Notes under the pieces: generated by a model
Told to the model about the DNA's origin: nothing
The model's database searches: none
What the model saw: the letters and a program-made list of their open reading frames with translations, nothing else
Part shown: positions 62,601 through 64,000 of the stretch, one piece after another
Position numbering within the stretch: the stretch's first letter is position 1
Layout: every line of letters begins with the position of its first letter
Translations under genes and position numbers: made by a program
Source of the DNA: Gammaproteobacteria bacterium
Lineage (GTDB): Bacteria > Pseudomonadota > Gammaproteobacteria > Eutrophobiales > Eutrophobiaceae
Assembly (NCBI GenBank): GCA_965222155.1
Contig: CBDCTH010000012.1
Location: 896,001 to 960,000 of the forward strand
Length of the DNA stretch: 64,000 nt
Reading direction: 5' to 3'

Positions 62601-64000
62601 CAGCTAAGTGATGCTTGCGCTGTTGTATATATTTTCAAGCGTTGCGCTGCCTCATTAAGGGCCTCAATTCGATCCGGCCCATCTGGACCAAGGGCATAGG
62701 CTGTAGTGCGACGGTAGGAATCGAGTAGCAGAGACGCCAATTCACCAAGTGCATCAAGTCGCATCATTGAGTGGTCCGGTAGTGCAATTCCTATTGCTTT
62801 ACAGAGGGCGTCTCGGTAATGCTCTGTATTTCCCGCCGTAGCGGATAACGCGCCAACTCGCTCGATTATCCGCGTTTCCCATTGCGGAGACCACTTACTC
62901 GTCTCGACCAAGTGAAAGGGACTTTGCATAACGTCTCCGACTACCTTGGCCTGAATCGAGAGGTTTTCTACGATTTCGTACTTGGTCTTAAGGGAGACTT
63001 CGTCGTCATGGTCTGCGCTTGGCCAGGAAAGCGTGACGCCATTAGTGATTCCTTCATCCCTGACTCTCACGCCCATCGCATAGTGAGCTGTCAAACCATT
63101 TCTGTGTTTTTTATGAAGGTGATCAACCAGACGATTCAATCGGCTACGTAGCGTCAGAAGCGTATCGGCCATCTGGTTCCATTCCGTTCTCAACTCTGAA
63201 TTGGCTGCTTCCCAGGCCAATCCCAATTGTTTCAGCACATCGGCTTTGCGCGCTTTGTTGGAATGCAATTCGAGACAAAAACGACTCAGACCAACTTTGT
63301 CTAATCGATTGTAGACAACTTCAAGCGCGGCTGTCTTCTCCGAAACGAAAAGGACTGTCTTTCCCTTACCTAATAGGTGACCAATGATGTTTGAGATGGT
63401 CTGACTCTTGCCGGTACCGGGTGGGCCAATTGCCACGAAGTCCTTGCCAAGATCGGCTGTGGCAACTGCTGCCATCTGGGACGAGTCTGCAGGTAGCGAT
63501 ACCAGAAGTTCGGACGGATTGTAGATGCGATCGAGCTGCTGCGGATCTACAAAACCCCTCTCCGCGACGTATGGGTCGCGGGGTGTATCCATCAGATGCC
63601 GCACCACAGCGTTATCCCACAAAGCATCGGTCCTATCGACGAGATCTTTCCACATGAGGAACTTTGCGAAGGAGAAGTGACCCAACACTACGTCTTCGAT
63701 AACCTCAAATCCAGGTACGTCCTTTAGCGCAAATCGAACTCTCTTCCAGATGGTCACAACGTCAATACCGCTCTTATCTACAGGCAGTGCTCCGTCGAGT
63801 CCCGGGATATCAATTCGGAAATCCCTACGGAGCATCTCTAATAACGTAGTATTAAAACGCGGCTCGTCGTCGTGGACGACCATCCTGATGCCGCTACGCA
63901 CAGATTTTCTTTCGAGAGTGACAGGCAGCAGGATCAGGGGAGATCGAAACCTGCGCTCATCTTTCTTCTCTCGTTTCCATAGCAGGAAGCCAATGGCGAG
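59603..64000 (-). CDS. DUF4011 + SF1 (UPF1-like) helicase + Vsr/MTES_1575-like nuclease + DUF3320 protein (5' end beyond the window)
   Basis: Frame open to the window edge (LAIGFLLW..SPLILLPVTL); GPPGTGKSQTI, FDEASQ, GDPKQMPP, VQGDERD, RRLNVAVTRAR and FESPFE..YRIDL..GIECDG..YHS. Confidence 0.88.
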   Translation of the reverse strand, partial: LAIGFLLWKREKKDERRFRSPLILLPVTLERKSVRSGIRMVVHDDEPRFNTTLLEMLRRDFRIDIPGLDGALPVDKSGIDVVTIWKRVRFALKDVPGFEVIEDVVLGHFSFAKFLMWKDLVDRTDALWDNAVVRHLMDTPRDPYVAERGFVDPQQLDRIYNPSELLVSLPADSSQMAAVATADLGKDFVAIGPPGTGKSQTISNIIGHLLGKGKTVLFVSEKTAALEVVYNRLDKVGLSRFCLELHSNKARKADVLKQLGLAWEAANSELRTEWNQMADTLLTLRSRLNRLVDHLHKKHRNGLTAHYAMGVRVRDEGITNGVTLSWPSADHDDEVSLKTKYEIVENLSIQAKVVGDVMQSPFHLVETSKWSPQWETRIIERVGALSATAGNTEHYRDALCKAIGIALPDHSMMRLDALGELASLLLDSYRRTTAYALGPDGPDRIEALNEAAQRLKIYTTAQASLSCIYKPFAWRILDGEDLGRRWKDANSKWWLKRFFAKRRIIKEMRTNGAQEKPDPTTDAPLLANLRQGGEAIDRLDQLLSDFKEWSRHTTEPAALDTLRQLGERARAVVGKLANDPQTLVDVRGKIRTLLHDGNDLLAAESSVGRLATVFLNSLEQMQQAISEFEAVAGGSVRKVFASTENALPEVQQIANTIQTRHSELNSWCAWRGRRSEAIDAGLLPLVQAVEEGRVTPDEIKKTFEAAYCSWWSTAVIEEDEILRSFSAPEHEAAIDKFRRIDDDFQILTARYIEATLSGVLPDQENVTKSSGWGVLRRELQKTRRHKPVRKLLEEAPDVLTSLTPCFMMSPLSVAQYLPANQALFDVVIFDEASQITVWDAVGSIARGRQVIVAGDPKQMPPSNFFTRTEDDPDGDIDVEGDLESILDEMLGASIPSTTLNLHYRSHYESLIAFSNDRYYGNELITFPAPEVVDRAVSLVRPDSFYARGGARHNQGEAKAIVDEAIRRLTHQDPEVRDRSIGIVTFNSEQQTLIEDLLDDARRKHPEIEPAFSREHVAEPVFVKNLETVQGDERDVVLFSITYGPDRSGHVTMNFGPLNREGGERRLNVAVTRARTEMIVFSALHPDQIDLSRSQARAVADLKHFLEYAERGKAVLGSIVQGYRDDFESPFEVAVARELQMQGWQVHPQVGVSAYRIDLGIVHPDTPGRYLAGIECDGAMYHSSAFARERDKIRQSVLENLGWTIVRIWSTDWWTNKKGALKKVDDALRLRLEESRQEHANQEHADIADKDINNETGMSDADVIESTPSDSGDAKPEYSDINAEGFTPYSEFRGSTGPDPRDASAVQVAEGLLRIIQDEGPMLAKRAYDIYLRGCGIRRMGGELKRMMNKAIQHALRQGLVIKEDEWGKDGLIYSVVRLPDAPPVIVREGGSRSFDDIPPSELQLVARQLLKDREDELKFGSEAHLRAVLSVFGLRRLTTPVVVKLLDILQRRYSYVDEVLDHRET

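Overview
Chromosomal window from a moderately GC-rich gammaproteobacterium. Host association (for example a sponge symbiont) is only a guess from gene content. The backbone is housekeeping: oxyR, HAD hydrolase, SulP, class I fumarase, osmoprotectant ABC transporter, mmsA, acnA, cyclophilin, moaB, L,D-transpeptidase with an Lpp-like lipoprotein, HNH, mazG, ispA, xseB, rubrerythrin/Fe-S oxidoreductase/DUF3501, parE, parC, efp, a YoaA/DinG helicase and a TonB-dependent receptor. Three accessory blocks interrupt it. (1) About 21 kb between parE and parC holds a Fic gene, a diverged second copy of the parE 3' end fused to an inverted RTX C-terminal fragment, an AAA_14/DUF4143 ATPase, a Uma2 nuclease, an 1853-aa RTX protein and nested MITEs. 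It also holds the most striking feature: a head-to-tail array of 8 near-identical genes, each encoding a coiled coil of variable length (7- and 11-residue modules) fused to a PD-(D/E)XK nuclease-like domain. Each copy has its own leader and is separated from the next by a palindrome-containing spacer. (2) An AT-rich two-gene module after efp (DUF6932-like nucleotidyltransferase plus an unknown protein). (3) A defence-like block at the right end: FitAB/VapBC, KAP NTPase, truncated ATPase, and a DUF4011 helicase-nuclease. Intergenic DNA is rich in REP/MITE-like repeats. No rRNA, tRNA, CRISPR array, integrase or transposase was recognised. Family names come from motif recognition, not database searches.
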